Origin: Candidatus Woesebacteria bacterium
GTDB lineage: Bacteria > Patescibacteriota > Microgenomatia > UBA1400 > UBA1396
NCBI GenBank assembly: GCA_021208605.1
Contig: JAJOJK010000017.1
Coordinates: 17,872-81,871 of the forward strand
Direction of reading: 5' to 3'
Length of the DNA stretch: 64,000 nt
Below are positions 35,461-45,274 of this stretch, piece after piece; the stretch's first letter is position 1, and each line of letters opens with the position of its first letter. Made by a program: the position numbers and the translations under genes. The notes beneath the pieces were generated by a model that was not told the DNA's origin, searched no databases, and worked only from the letters and a program-made list of their open reading frames with translations.

Positions 35461-37611
35461 ATGCAGATGTACCCCGCCCCAGAGCAGAAGAAACTCGAAG
35501 ACTTTACTACCGACATTACCGCTTTAGCGAACGAAGGCAAACTTGATCCCGTGATTGGTCGCGAAGCCGAGATTCGCCGGGTGATCCAAGTGCTTTCCCG
35601 CCGCACCAAAAACAATCCGGTTTTGGTGGGGGAGCCTGGTGTCGGGAAAACGGCCGTGGTAGAAGGCCTGGCGCAGCGGATCGCCAACGATGACATTCCC
35701 AACTCGCTGAAAGGAAAACGAATTCTCTCGTTGGAGATGGCTTCGGTTTTGGCTGGGGCAAAGTTCCGCGGCGAGTTCGAAGAGCGTTTCAAGATGATTG
35801 TGGAAGAAGTTACTAAGTCTGAAGGCGAAATCATTTTGTTTGTGGATGAACTGCACACTATTGTTGGCGCGGGGAAAGCTGATGGATCAGTTGATGCGGG
35901 CAATATGCTCAAGCCGGCTCTGGCACGTGGGCAGTTACGCTTGATTGGATCGACCACCCTCAATGAATATCGCCAATACATTGAGAAAGACTCGGCTTTG
36001 GAGCGTCGTTTCCAGCCGGTGTTTGTCGAAGCGCCGAGCGTGGAAAATACTATTTCCATTTTGCGTGGTTTGAAGGAAAAGTACGAACTCCACCACGGTA
36101 TTCGTATTACGGATGATGCGTTAGTGTCTGCGGCTGAACTCTCTGACCGCTACATTCCGGCGCGCCATTTGCCAGACAAAGCGATCGATTTGATCGACGA
36201 AGCCGCCTCAGCTTTAAAAATCGAGACGGAGTCTGATCCCACGGCTATCGACCAACTCAAACGCAAAAAGACGCAGCTCGAAATTGAAGAGCGCGCCCTC
36301 AAAAAAGAAAAATCGGCCGAGTCCAAAGAGCGCTTAGAAGAAGTGCAAAAAGAACTTTCGAGTATCAATGACGAATTGAGTGAACTGCAATCTCACTGGC
36401 AAGAACAGAAAGAGATACTGAATACGGTACAAAGTGTGCGCACGAAAGTGGAAGAGCTCAAAGCGCAACTCGAACGAGCCGAGAGAGACGTGGAGCTCGA
36501 AAAAGCGGCGCAAATTAAGTACGGCCAACTTCCCGAAAAACAAGCTGAGCTCGATGAAGCGCTGAAAAAATGGAGCGCTATTCCGGAGTCAGACCGCCTG
36601 CTCAAAGAAGAAGTTACGCAAGAAGATATTGCCGGTGTGGTGGGGCGCTGGACTGGTATTCCGGTCACGCAGCTGGTGAAAAGCGAAACCGAAAAACTGA
36701 AACACCTTGAGGAAGAACTTGGCAAACGAGTCGTGGGGCAAGATGAGGCGCTGCGGGCGGTGGCCAATGCCGTGCGTCGTTCACGCGTGGGAATCAGTGA
36801 TCGGCACAAACCTCTAGCGACCTTCTTATTCTTGGGTCCGACTGGAGTGGGAAAAACCGAGACCGCCAAAGCCTTAGCAGAGCAACTCTTTGGTGACGAG
36901 CGCGCCATCGTTCGCCTGGACATGAGTGAGTACAGCGAGCCGCACACCGTGGCACGTTTGATTGGAGCTCCTCCTGGATACGTGGGGTATGAGGCTGGTG
37001 GTCAGTTGACTGAAGCGATTCGTCGTCGACCATACTCGGTGGTATTGCTCGATGAAATGGAAAAAGCGGATGCGCAGATTTTCAATACGTTCCTGCAGGT
37101 GTTTGATGATGGTCGCCTGACCGATGGCCAGGGGCGCACGGTCGATTTTACGAACACGGTGATCATTATGACTTCCAATGTGGGTTCAGACCTCATGCTC
37201 GATATGGCGGCCAAAGACAAGTCAACAGAAGTCATCGAGACGGCCGTGTGGGATCGTCTGCGCGGTGCTTTTAAGCCAGAATTCTTGAATCGTATCGATC
37301 ACATTTTGTTGTACGAGCCATTGCAGCCAGAGCAGTTATTGTCGATTGTCGATATGCAGCTCGGCGAGCTCGAAAAACAGCTCGCCTCAGCGCATGTGAA
37401 ACTGCATGTGACTGACGCTGCGTCTCAATGGTTGGCTGATAACGGTTACGATCCCGCCTTTGGTGCCCGTCCGCTGAAGCGTCGCATTCAGTCTGACATT
37501 TTGGATGAAGTTGCTCTGTTGATGCTGGATCGGGAAGATGAGAATGAACAATTGACTGTCCTGGTTGATGCCCAGAACAACGAACTGACAGTGGAAAAGT
37601 CGGATTCATAG
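35461..37611 (+). CDS. clpB: Chaperone ClpB lacking the N-terminal Clp_N domain
   Basis: [15 protein letters not shown], long coiled-coil M domain with [31 protein letters not shown]. Confidence 0.92.
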   Translation: MQMYPAPEQKKLEDFTTDITALANEGKLDPVIGREAEIRRVIQVLSRRTKNNPVLVGEPGVGKTAVVEGLAQRIANDDIPNSLKGKRILSLEMASVLAGAKFRGEFEERFKMIVEEVTKSEGEIILFVDELHTIVGAGKADGSVDAGNMLKPALARGQLRLIGSTTLNEYRQYIEKDSALERRFQPVFVEAPSVENTISILRGLKEKYELHHGIRITDDALVSAAELSDRYIPARHLPDKAIDLIDEAASALKIETESDPTAIDQLKRKKTQLEIEERALKKEKSAESKERLEEVQKELSSINDELSELQSHWQEQKEILNTVQSVRTKVEELKAQLERAERDVELEKAAQIKYGQLPEKQAELDEALKKWSAIPESDRLLKEEVTQEDIAGVVGRWTGIPVTQLVKSETEKLKHLEEELGKRVVGQDEALRAVANAVRRSRVGISDRHKPLATFLFLGPTGVGKTETAKALAEQLFGDERAIVRLDMSEYSEPHTVARLIGAPPGYVGYEAGGQLTEAIRRRPYSVVLLDEMEKADAQIFNTFLQVFDDGRLTDGQGRTVDFTNTVIIMTSNVGSDLMLDMAAKDKSTEVIETAVWDRLRGAFKPEFLNRIDHILLYEPLQPEQLLSIVDMQLGELEKQLASAHVKLHVTDAASQWLADNGYDPAFGARPLKRRIQSDILDEVALLMLDREDENEQLTVLVDAQNNELTVEKSDS

Positions 37612-37645
37612 GTTTTTTGCTTATGGTGCGGTATAATGGCCGACT

Positions 37646-38206
37646 ATGGGAAAAGATAAAGAAACTTTGTATACACCACAAGATATAAAGCGACTTGTAG
37701 CTGCCTACCGTACAGGCAATAAGTTGAAAATTATCGGAGGTTTTTTACAGGAAGTTGGTTTCCCTTACAAAGGTATTTTACTGAGAGAAGAGTGGCAGAA
37801 ACTTACTGGTCAGCCATTACTAGAGCCGCTGAGGGATTTTGCAGATGAACTGAGTACTCTTCCTGATGAATGCGGGGCACTTGATTTGTTGGAAGTAGCG
37901 GTCTCTCTTCAAGTCATGGTGGAGTTTGCCATACACGAAAAAGAGAAGCTGCAAGCGGTAGAACAGACAAAAAGCATTAGCTCTTTCGAGATAATAAATC
38001 TTTTACAGAGATCTGAGAAAGATTTACGGCAATTAGCAGAAAAATTGAAAAAAATATCGAATGATACGTTAGGTTGGTGGAAAACTGAGTGGGTTGATCA
38101 ACAAAGACCGTCCGCACAAGATCTCTCAGATACACGTCGTGTGTTGAACATATATTTTTCTGAACTCCTCAAAATAGTTGAGAATTATCCTGATCAGAAT
38201 CGCTAG
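37646..38206 (+). CDS. Hypothetical protein
   Basis: 186-aa ORF with TATAAT 8 nt before the ATG. Confidence 0.7.
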   Translation: MGKDKETLYTPQDIKRLVAAYRTGNKLKIIGGFLQEVGFPYKGILLREEWQKLTGQPLLEPLRDFADELSTLPDECGALDLLEVAVSLQVMVEFAIHEKEKLQAVEQTKSISSFEIINLLQRSEKDLRQLAEKLKKISNDTLGWWKTEWVDQQRPSAQDLSDTRRVLNIYFSELLKIVENYPDQNR

Positions 38207-38266
38207 AATTATTTTCTTTTCAGACTCGGGCTCGCCACGCGTCTAAAAAATGCGTAGAATGGTGCT

Positions 38267-39391
38267 ATGTCTGTATTGGAGAATGACCTTGAACGAACCC
38301 AAACTAAAACTCGTTTGTCGTATGAAGACATTCGGCGAATTTTGGGTGACGAAGCCGATTATTTGTTGAATCATGTTAGCAAAGCAGTTCCCAAAGAACA
38401 TTTAGTTTTACCTGCGCCAGACTTTGTTGATCAAGTATGGGGCGATTCGGATCGCAGTGACCGCGTACTGCGGAATATGCATCGGTTGTACGGCAGTGGT
38501 CGTTTGGCTGATACGGGATATCTTTCTATTTTGCCGGTCGATCAAGGCGTGGAACACAGTGCGGGCGCAGAGTTTGCAGCTAATCCGATGTATTTTGATC
38601 CAGAAAATATCATTAAGCTGGCAGTGGCGGCAGAGTGTAATGCGGTCGCGTCCACGATTGGGGTTTTGGGCACGGTCGCGAAACGCTACGCTGAACAAAT
38701 ACCTTTTATTGTCAAACTCAATCACAATCAACTGTTAACCTATCCAAAGACGTACGATCAGATTATGTTTACTTCGGTAGAGAAGGCCTATGAAGTCGGC
38801 GCTGTTGCTGTGGGAGCCACTATCTATTTCGGCTCTCCGGAGAGTGACCGACAGATAATTGAAGTGGCACAAGCTTTTGCGCGGGCACACGAACTTGGTC
38901 TAGTTACTATCTTGTGGTGCTACGTGCGGAATTCTGAGTTCAAGCATGACGGTACCAACTACGAGCGTTCGGCTGACATCACCGCTCAGGCAAATCACCT
39001 GGGAGCGACCATTGAAGCGGATATTGTCAAACAAAAATTGCCAGAAACGAATGGCGGTTTTGCAGCTTTAAATCAGGCCGGTAAAGATTTTGGTTACTAC
39101 GATGAGCGCATGTACACCGAACTGGCCACTGATCATCCAATCGATCTGGCTCGTTACCAAGTCTTGAATGGTTATGCGGGTCGAGTTGGACTGATTAGCT
39201 CTGGTGGTGCGGCTTCTGGCGGTGATGATGATTTCCGTGCAGCGGTGCGTACGGCGGTGATAAACAAGCGGGCTGGCGGCATGGGCTTAATTACTGGTCG
39301 CAAGGCCTTCCAACGTCCATTTGGCGAAGGGGTCCAGCTCATTCAGGCTATTCAGGATGTGTATTTGTGTGACGAAGTTACTATTGCATAA
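38267..39391 (+). CDS. fbaB: Class I fructose-bisphosphate aldolase (DhnA type)
   Basis: SILPVDQGVEH, GATIYFGS, ADIVKQK, AGGMGLITGRKAFQ. Confidence 0.93.
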   Translation: MSVLENDLERTQTKTRLSYEDIRRILGDEADYLLNHVSKAVPKEHLVLPAPDFVDQVWGDSDRSDRVLRNMHRLYGSGRLADTGYLSILPVDQGVEHSAGAEFAANPMYFDPENIIKLAVAAECNAVASTIGVLGTVAKRYAEQIPFIVKLNHNQLLTYPKTYDQIMFTSVEKAYEVGAVAVGATIYFGSPESDRQIIEVAQAFARAHELGLVTILWCYVRNSEFKHDGTNYERSADITAQANHLGATIEADIVKQKLPETNGGFAALNQAGKDFGYYDERMYTELATDHPIDLARYQVLNGYAGRVGLISSGGAASGGDDDFRAAVRTAVINKRAGGMGLITGRKAFQRPFGEGVQLIQAIQDVYLCDEVTIA

Positions 39392-39456
39392 ATAACCAAA
39401 GGAAAAAAGCACATCTCTAGCTTTGTTTTTTCCTCTGGTTGCGGTACACTAACCCC

Positions 39457-39798
39457 ATGAAAAAACAGAGTTCCGCTTCCGAACCCTCGGCTGTGCAGGT
39501 GACGCCAGCCACGGTTGCTCACATCGGGCAGCTTGCTAACCTCGAAATTTCCAATCAAGAACAACAACAATTTGCGCAAGCGTTTACCGAAACTCTTGCA
39601 GAAGTGCAGAAAATTTTTGCTGTTGATGTCTCTGAAGTTGAGCCCACACATCATGTGACCGGTTTGGTCAACGTGTGGCGCGAAGACGTGGTCGACGAAA
39701 ATCAGGTGCTTTCCCAAGAGCAAGCGCTCTCAGGCGCCAAGCACACCTTTGGCAAAATGATCGTCGTTGATCGTGTGTTGGAAGGAGATACGGCATGA
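39457..39798 (+). CDS. gatC: Asp/Glu-tRNA amidotransferase subunit C
   Basis: VAHIGQLANL, VEPT, WRED; position before gatA. Confidence 0.88.
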   Translation: MKKQSSASEPSAVQVTPATVAHIGQLANLEISNQEQQQFAQAFTETLAEVQKIFAVDVSEVEPTHHVTGLVNVWREDVVDENQVLSQEQALSGAKHTFGKMIVVDRVLEGDTA

Positions 39799-41189
39799 GC
39801 GTGGCTTTAAACGAACTCACACTGCGCGAAGCAATTGATGGCATTCGCGCCAAACAGTTTTCTGCAGCAGAAGTACAACAAGCGGTGATCGCGACCGTAA
39901 TCAAAAAAAATCCGGAACTGAACGTCTACCGTGATTTCCACGAGACTGCCACGGATGAAAATTTTGCCGAAGATCTCGCTGGTGTACCGATTGCCGTCAA
40001 AGATAACATCTTAACGCCAGGTTTGAAAACCACGGCCAGTTCCGCGGTGTTGACTGAGTATATGCCGCACTACGAGGCCACGTTGGCCAAGCAGATTCGC
40101 GAAGCCGGCGCCTTTGTGGTAGGGAAAACGAATCTCGATGCCTGGGCACATGGGTCAAGCACCGAAACCTCGGCCTTTGGACCAACCAAAAATCCTTTGA
40201 ATCCTGAGTACATTCCAGGTGGTTCTTCTGGCGGTTCGGCCGCAGCCATTGCGGCTGATATGGCCATTGCGGCGATTGGCACCGAGACTTCTGGTTCTAT
40301 TTTGGGTCCGTCAGCCTGGTGTGGCATGGTAGGCTTGAAGCCAACGTATGGCCGCGTCTCGCGCTATGGTGTGATTGCCATGGCTTCCTCTTTGGACTGT
40401 CCTGGTCCGATGACGAAAACAGTGGAAGATGCCGCGATCATGCTGGAGTACATGGCTGGTCAGGATAAATATGATGGCACCACTTCTCCAACAGAAGTGC
40501 CAGGCTATCGTGACTTCATTGGCAAAGACATCAAAGGTTTACGCATCGGTGTCATGTATCTCGACATTTTGGACAGCGATGAACAACGTGCTGTTTACGA
40601 AACAGCCAAAGAAGAACTCCGCGCTCTGGGAGCAATTGTTGAGGATGTTCAAGCCATGAATCCGGAACCGGCGATTGGAATGTATGCCGTTCTGCAGCGC
40701 AGTGAGGTCAGCTCTAACTTGGCGCGGTTTGATGGCATTCGCTATGGCGAAGGCCGCGATGCCTTTGGCGAAGAAGCTAAGCGCCGCATTATGCTCGGAA
40801 CCTACACCTTAAGTAAAGGGTATGCCGAGAAGTACTACATCCAAGCGCAGCGAGTGCGCAGCTTGTTCATTCAAGACTTTACGCGTTTATTTGCCGAGTA
40901 TGACGTGCTCGTGTCGCCAACGATGCCCGGTTATGCTTTGAAACTCGGTGAAAGCAAGAACTTTGCTTTCTTTGGTGAGATGGTGGACAAAATGGCCGAA
41001 CCACGCGCAGCCGCCGGATTGCCAGCGGTGAACGTGCCGTGTCATCGTGATCCAGCTACGAACCTGAGTCTGGGCCTCGCATTTACGGCGCCGGCCTTCC
41101 AAGAGCAACTCGCCATCCAAGTGGCCGACGCCTACGAACGAGCCACGAACTGGAATCCATGGCGGAAACGTCAGCAGGAGGGAGCCTAA
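39795..41189 (+). CDS. gatA: Amidotransferase subunit A
   Basis: IAVKDN, GKTNLD, PGGSSGGS, SSNLARFDGIRYG, RRIMLGT. Confidence 0.95.
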   Translation: MSVALNELTLREAIDGIRAKQFSAAEVQQAVIATVIKKNPELNVYRDFHETATDENFAEDLAGVPIAVKDNILTPGLKTTASSAVLTEYMPHYEATLAKQIREAGAFVVGKTNLDAWAHGSSTETSAFGPTKNPLNPEYIPGGSSGGSAAAIAADMAIAAIGTETSGSILGPSAWCGMVGLKPTYGRVSRYGVIAMASSLDCPGPMTKTVEDAAIMLEYMAGQDKYDGTTSPTEVPGYRDFIGKDIKGLRIGVMYLDILDSDEQRAVYETAKEELRALGAIVEDVQAMNPEPAIGMYAVLQRSEVSSNLARFDGIRYGEGRDAFGEEAKRRIMLGTYTLSKGYAEKYYIQAQRVRSLFIQDFTRLFAEYDVLVSPTMPGYALKLGESKNFAFFGEMVDKMAEPRAAAGLPAVNVPCHRDPATNLSLGLAFTAPAFQEQLAIQVADAYERATNWNPWRKRQQEGA

Positions 41190-41190
41190 C

Positions 41191-42612
41191 ATGTCTACGA
41201 ATGAATACACGCCAATTATTGGTCTCGAAATCCACGTTGAGATGCGCACCAATTCCAAAATGTTTTGTGGCTGTCCGGCCGAACACTTTGGTGCCGAACC
41301 AAACTCGCACACTTGTCCAGTATGTTTAGGCTTGCCAGGCGCTTTGCCGGTGGCCAACGGAGAGGCGATCAAGCGAACGGTCAAAATTGGTTTAGCTTTG
41401 GGATGTTCGATTGCGGAAGAAAGTAAATTTGACCGCAAGAACTATTTCTATCCGGATTTGCCGAAGGGCTATCAGATTTCGCAGTACGATCAGCCACTGT
41501 GTTATGAGGGTTTGGTCCATACTGATTCTGGTGACGTGCGCATTACGCGCGTTCACTTGGAAGAAGACACCGCCAAACTGCAGCACGTAACGCTCACTCC
41601 GGACCAAATGAAGGCGGCTAATGTGGAACACGCCGATGTTTCCTTGCTGGATTTTAATCGCTCGGGTGTGCCGCTGGTAGAAATTGTGACGGAGCCAGAT
41701 ATTAAAACCGGTGCGCAGGCGCGTGAGTTTGGAAAACTGTTGGTCCAAACCTTGCGCTATCTCGGCGTTTCTGACTGTGACATGGAGAAGGGTTCGTTGC
41801 GATTAGAGGCGAATATTTCGGTGCAGTCCGAAGAGGAAAAAGCTGCTGGCAAGCTGCCGAACTACAAAGTCGAAGTGAAGAACCTGAACTCTTTCCGATT
41901 TTTGGAGCGGGCCATCGATTTCGAGATTGAACGCCACACGGCCATGCGTCGAGCTGGAGAAACGCCAACGCAAGAAACCCGGGGCTGGAACGATGACCGC
42001 AGTGTGACCTTTAGTCAGCGCAGCAAAGAGGAGGCTGAAGATTATCGGTATTTCCCGGACCCAGATTTGCCACCACTGTATTTGTCGCAAGAACTCGTGA
42101 CCGAGATTGGCGAGAGTTTGCCCGAACTGCCGCAGGCTGCTTATATTCGTTTGCAGAGCGGATATGGTTTGAGCGCCCAGAATGCTGAAGTCTTTACTGC
42201 CGAGCGGGAAGTTTTGTTGGCTGGAGAGCAGTTGCTCCAAGCCGCCCAAAAATCGGAACTCGAGCCGCAAACGGTGGCGAATGACGTAGTGAATAAAAAG
42301 GTTGAGACGTGGATTTTGGATGCAGAACGTGTCAGTTCTGCTCCGCCAGAAGAAGTTGCTGCTGAAGTCAAAAAAGTGCTCCAGACGATTGCAAAAGCGC
42401 GGCAAACTGAATCTATTCCTGCAGAAGAGGTTCATGCTATCATGGATGAAATAGCCTCAACTGCCGATGGAAAAGATGCTATCGAAAAGTACCGATCCGG
42501 AAAGGTGCAAGTAATTGGCTTCCTGATGGGTCAGTTAATGCGCAAGCTCCAGAAGAAGGTCGATGCAGGTGAGGTGAAGCAAGTGCTCGAAAACTACCTG
42601 CAAAATGACTAA
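41191..42612 (+). CDS. gatB: Amidotransferase subunit B
   Basis: GLEIHVE, FDRKNYFYPDLPKGYQISQ, YRYFPDPDL. Confidence 0.96.
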   Translation: MSTNEYTPIIGLEIHVEMRTNSKMFCGCPAEHFGAEPNSHTCPVCLGLPGALPVANGEAIKRTVKIGLALGCSIAEESKFDRKNYFYPDLPKGYQISQYDQPLCYEGLVHTDSGDVRITRVHLEEDTAKLQHVTLTPDQMKAANVEHADVSLLDFNRSGVPLVEIVTEPDIKTGAQAREFGKLLVQTLRYLGVSDCDMEKGSLRLEANISVQSEEEKAAGKLPNYKVEVKNLNSFRFLERAIDFEIERHTAMRRAGETPTQETRGWNDDRSVTFSQRSKEEAEDYRYFPDPDLPPLYLSQELVTEIGESLPELPQAAYIRLQSGYGLSAQNAEVFTAEREVLLAGEQLLQAAQKSELEPQTVANDVVNKKVETWILDAERVSSAPPEEVAAEVKKVLQTIAKARQTESIPAEEVHAIMDEIASTADGKDAIEKYRSGKVQVIGFLMGQLMRKLQKKVDAGEVKQVLENYLQND

Positions 42613-45217
42613 AGATTTACTTCAATCACCACAAAATGTAGAGGGCGGTGGAATTCCTCCACAGGTTGAACAACTCGGAAGATCTGAATGGAAGCAGCGC
42701 CTTCCTGGCATCCTCAAGGAGCTTGCGGTACCAATGGATGCTGATGATGATATGGCTGGGCATCTTAAGGAAGCTCGCATCAAGGCAGCACAGCTCCATC
42801 TGCAAGAGATGAGGGAGCTTGCTACTGAGATGTACGAAGTGTACCAACGCCTTATGGATGGTGAGTCGACAAATGCCTCTGAAAAATTCGTAGTATCTGC
42901 CGAACAAAAAAAACAGATAGAAGATATTGTTATCTCATTTTATCGGCAAGGGCTGGCTATCCTTCACGAAGATTCTAATTTTCCTGTTAACTCACTACCA
43001 ATGGCGTTTAGGACTAACTTACAATGGAATAATTTCTCCAGGTTTTTGCCTACTGAAAAGGTGCAAAATGATATTTTGCAAAGAATTATCACCAAGATTC
43101 AGGAAACTCTTGCGCAGAGTACAGAGTTATTGGACCAAGAGACTGTGCAAGCAGTAGAAGCAACTCCTGAAATCGGAACTGAAGCGTTCGCCGACGATCC
43201 AGCAGAGCTTGCACCCGAGAATGATTATCCTGAGTTTGATGGAGATACTGAACCTAACCGAGTAGCTGCACCCGAAAAGGAAGCTGTTAATCCGTATCAG
43301 CCAGTGCCACAAGAGGAACGAGCTGAGCACTCATCATTTTTGAAGAATATGCTCTGGAGGTCGGAATCAACGGAACAGGTTCCTGCTGCGAAGGAAACCT
43401 ATTTCTCTAATGAAAAACGATTCCGCATTCTTCCTCTAAAACCAGAAGAACGACAGTACCGAGAGACCGTGCAACGACTTTTACCGGAAGGTGTCGTTTT
43501 GCTCCAAGTGGTCTCTGAAAATGAGTCTGAAGGGGATTTAACACATACGATGACCGTTTTCCCTGGATCACAGTTTTACAATGAAGTTTTGCTCCCTGGA
43601 GGTGTGGATGAGTCTCTAGAAAATGAACCGTTTTTACGAATGGAGAGTGAATCTGAAGTTTGGTACGCAGTAGCTTCTACAGAGCCGGGAGTACGACTTG
43701 AATTTTCGGAAACGCTGGATTCAAATGGAGAAGGTGCCCGGGCTCGCGAAGTGATGAGGCAGCACATTCTTGGAAACTGTATCGAAGAAATTATCCTCCT
43801 ATACGGTATGGCTACTGAACCGAATGTGGATGCGAGTGATCTCTCAGACCAAAAGGAACTATATGCTCAGTTCAGTGCTGGATATAAAGAGTTTTCAGCT
43901 CGAGTGAATTTGGCAGGCTTAGCAGAAAAGATTCAAGAGTTTGAAGCGATGGCTAGTCAGGCCTCAAAAGGAAACGCATCACCAGAAGCTTCGGCTGCGT
44001 ATCGATCGATAGGCGCTGATAATGTAAAAGAAATTGGCAAACACGCTGCTGAACTCAAAAAAGTGCTAACGTATTTTTATCCTGAGGAAGAGCTTCTTGC
44101 TCTTCTTGCGGAACTCCAAAATGAGGGCCAAAATGTTGATTTTGCAAACCTGTATTTTGATCTCGGAGAATTAGAAGCAAAAGCAGATAAGATTGCCCAA
44201 GAAATCCGTAAGAAGAAAAACGGCCTTACTTTTGAGAGCGATGAGGTGAGACAATTTATCACTGTCACAAGAAAGATCTTTACCTACCTTGATGACATGC
44301 TCGATCTAGAAAGAACACAGTATACAGAAGCGGTGTACATTTCTAGGCAGGAGCAGCGACTTAGTTTAGTACAGCAGAAATTAGAACAAATGGGACTTAC
44401 TTTTGATATATCACAAGCGGGTTTGTCTCGAAATTTCTTGTTAGGGATGACGGGCGGAGAATCTCTGGCTCAGCAAGAGGTGAATCCAGTTGAGCTTTTA
44501 GGCGCTGTGGAGCGTGAGTATGGTGTGGCGGTGTCTGAAATACAGCAATTTTTGACAGATCAAGCTGGAGATATTGAGTGGGCAACCTTTTTCCCACCTG
44601 CTTGGCAAATAGACTCTTTGTATGACTGGTATACCGATTTTGTGGCGGTGCGTTCAAATTTCCAGGAAACTATGGATGCGATGACTGCCTATCTTGACAG
44701 AATTGTATGGTTATTATCGGGAACGGAGACGGAGATTGCCTCTCTCGCACAAGCTGCAAAAAACAGTTTAGGTGGTCGGTCAGACGAAATTGGAGCCCAT
44801 TTAGTGTCTCTTGAGCAAAAGATCAATGTTTTGCAAAAACCTGAACCTGAAATTTTGGGAAGCATAAAGCTACTTCAAAGAGAATTTAATTCATATGCAG
44901 AGCGGCGTAAATTGGTCACACGGCTCGTGGAACCAGTGAAGAACATTCTTTTGCGGGAACGAGGTCGTCAAGGAGAGTACACAGATAAGAATAGAGAGGT
45001 AAAAAGGATATTTTACCGTGTGTTAGAGAAAAATTTCAAAAACACCTACGGCAGTTTAGAAAATATAGTTACCAAAACTCGAATCACCGATACTACGAAT
45101 GACAGAGTAACAGTTTCTGAATTATCACGAGCCCTGAACGAAGTATTTGATGATGTTTCTCAAGAAGTGAGTCAAGATATAAATAGCAGCCTTGGGTTAA
45201 CCGCAGAGGCAGCTTAG
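42605..45217 (+). CDS. Large acidic helical hypothetical protein (870 aa)
   Basis: Long uninterrupted ORF overlapping the gatB stop; no motif recognised. Confidence 0.75.
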   Translation: MTKDLLQSPQNVEGGGIPPQVEQLGRSEWKQRLPGILKELAVPMDADDDMAGHLKEARIKAAQLHLQEMRELATEMYEVYQRLMDGESTNASEKFVVSAEQKKQIEDIVISFYRQGLAILHEDSNFPVNSLPMAFRTNLQWNNFSRFLPTEKVQNDILQRIITKIQETLAQSTELLDQETVQAVEATPEIGTEAFADDPAELAPENDYPEFDGDTEPNRVAAPEKEAVNPYQPVPQEERAEHSSFLKNMLWRSESTEQVPAAKETYFSNEKRFRILPLKPEERQYRETVQRLLPEGVVLLQVVSENESEGDLTHTMTVFPGSQFYNEVLLPGGVDESLENEPFLRMESESEVWYAVASTEPGVRLEFSETLDSNGEGARAREVMRQHILGNCIEEIILLYGMATEPNVDASDLSDQKELYAQFSAGYKEFSARVNLAGLAEKIQEFEAMASQASKGNASPEASAAYRSIGADNVKEIGKHAAELKKVLTYFYPEEELLALLAELQNEGQNVDFANLYFDLGELEAKADKIAQEIRKKKNGLTFESDEVRQFITVTRKIFTYLDDMLDLERTQYTEAVYISRQEQRLSLVQQKLEQMGLTFDISQAGLSRNFLLGMTGGESLAQQEVNPVELLGAVEREYGVAVSEIQQFLTDQAGDIEWATFFPPAWQIDSLYDWYTDFVAVRSNFQETMDAMTAYLDRIVWLLSGTETEIASLAQAAKNSLGGRSDEIGAHLVSLEQKINVLQKPEPEILGSIKLLQREFNSYAERRKLVTRLVEPVKNILLRERGRQGEYTDKNREVKRIFYRVLEKNFKNTYGSLENIVTKTRITDTTNDRVTVSELSRALNEVFDDVSQEVSQDINSSLGLTAEAA

Positions 45218-45274
45218 TTCTGAGCGCCTGTATTCCTGAGGTAAAGCCTTTCTGAATTTGCTACACTACAGATC

